From assembly GCA_049724395.1 (NCBI GenBank), contig JAUGWO010000107.1:248001-312000 (forward strand): a DNA stretch of 64,000 nucleotides, in the 5' to 3' direction. The stretch comes from Spongospora subterranea f. sp. subterranea (lineage: Eukaryota). Every line of letters starts with the position of its first letter. Within the stretch, counting starts at the first letter, position 1. Of this stretch, positions 63,387 through 64,000 are shown piece after piece. Made by a program: the position numbers and the translations under genes. A model generated the notes under the pieces. The model was not told where the DNA came from. It saw nothing but the letters and a program-made list of their open reading frames with translations, and ran no database searches.

Positions 63387-64000
63387 GATTGCTATCCCGA
63401 TCCCGCTATCAACACAGTGTCCGACTGCACTTTCGTGAACTGCGCGCAGTAAACTACAAAAACAAAAGTTCGCTGATAAGATCGCTGGCTGAGATGTATT
63501 GTGTCATACAAACAATATCTAATCTTCCCTGTTATTTCATGTATAATGAGACAAAGGAGCCCCAGTAGTACAGATCAGCATTATACCATCTCGTGTCTGC
63601 TTTTCAGCCTTACGATCTTGTCACAACCGTGCGGTTGTATGATCAGCTGTAATCTAGCGTTTGAGGTTTGATTGCGTCGATTCGCTAGATAATTCCGTCC
63701 ATTTTGACCCTGATCTTATTCCCCAACGGTAGAGTGTTGACAAACACACCCTTGGGTGGCCATCGGGCTTGAGGTGTCTGAATGACTACAGCTCTCCAAT
63801 ATGATTCGAAATAGCGGGTTCTACGCTTTTCATATTTGGGGTTCAGATTTCAAAAATTGACGTGTCAGCGATGCATTGGAATCGAAATCACAGCGAGATT
63901 CTTGTTCTCTGATTGTGATGTCTGCTAAATAATCTTGCAAATTGTCTTCATCTATGTTGCCTACAGTGGTTGAAGAACTGAAGATGACGATATCTTGAAA

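Noticed and set aside
63830..64000. 3' end of a minus-strand gene at the window edge
   Set aside because: Only about 56 open codons with no recognisable motif; cannot be supported from this window.

Overview
Eukaryotic nuclear DNA that is gene-dense, of moderate GC, and rich in short (about 45-75 nt) spliceosomal introns, so the ORF track splits most genes into fragments. The style suggests a compact protist genome, possibly a plasmodiophorid/phytomyxid plant parasite; this is a weak inference, not an identification. Manual splicing supports about 23 protein genes. They include RFC1, a centrin-like EF-hand protein, a secreted alpha/beta-hydrolase, HSP101/ClpB, ATX1, ECH1, a WD40 protein, RINT1/TIP20, a C11orf68-like protein, a cNMP-binding protein and a 52-aa microprotein. 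Further along are a large helical protein, a TOM1-like protein, IDI1, ATG7, SPT5, AGA, a CPBP/CAAX protease, an eIF4B-like/W2 protein, a formin, a RAP-domain protein, a TauE/SafE exporter, PEPD and MOG1. Gene clusters alternate with 1-3 kb tracts of decayed, probably transposon-derived sequence. A 46-bp minisatellite (about 26.5 copies) lies directly upstream of AGA. Most notable: (i) a secreted, bacterial-type hydrolase that has lost its catalytic Ser and His; (ii) a signal-peptide-bearing C11orf68/eIF4E-fold protein; (iii) an RRM-less eIF4B-repeat protein fused to a W2-like domain; (iv) four apparent single-base frameshifts, one exactly at a stop codon inside a conserved ClpB motif, which may be assembly errors or recoding; (v) a shared CACTGTACC promoter element; (vi) a microprotein missing from the ORF track. 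No CRISPR array, tRNA or rRNA was recognised.
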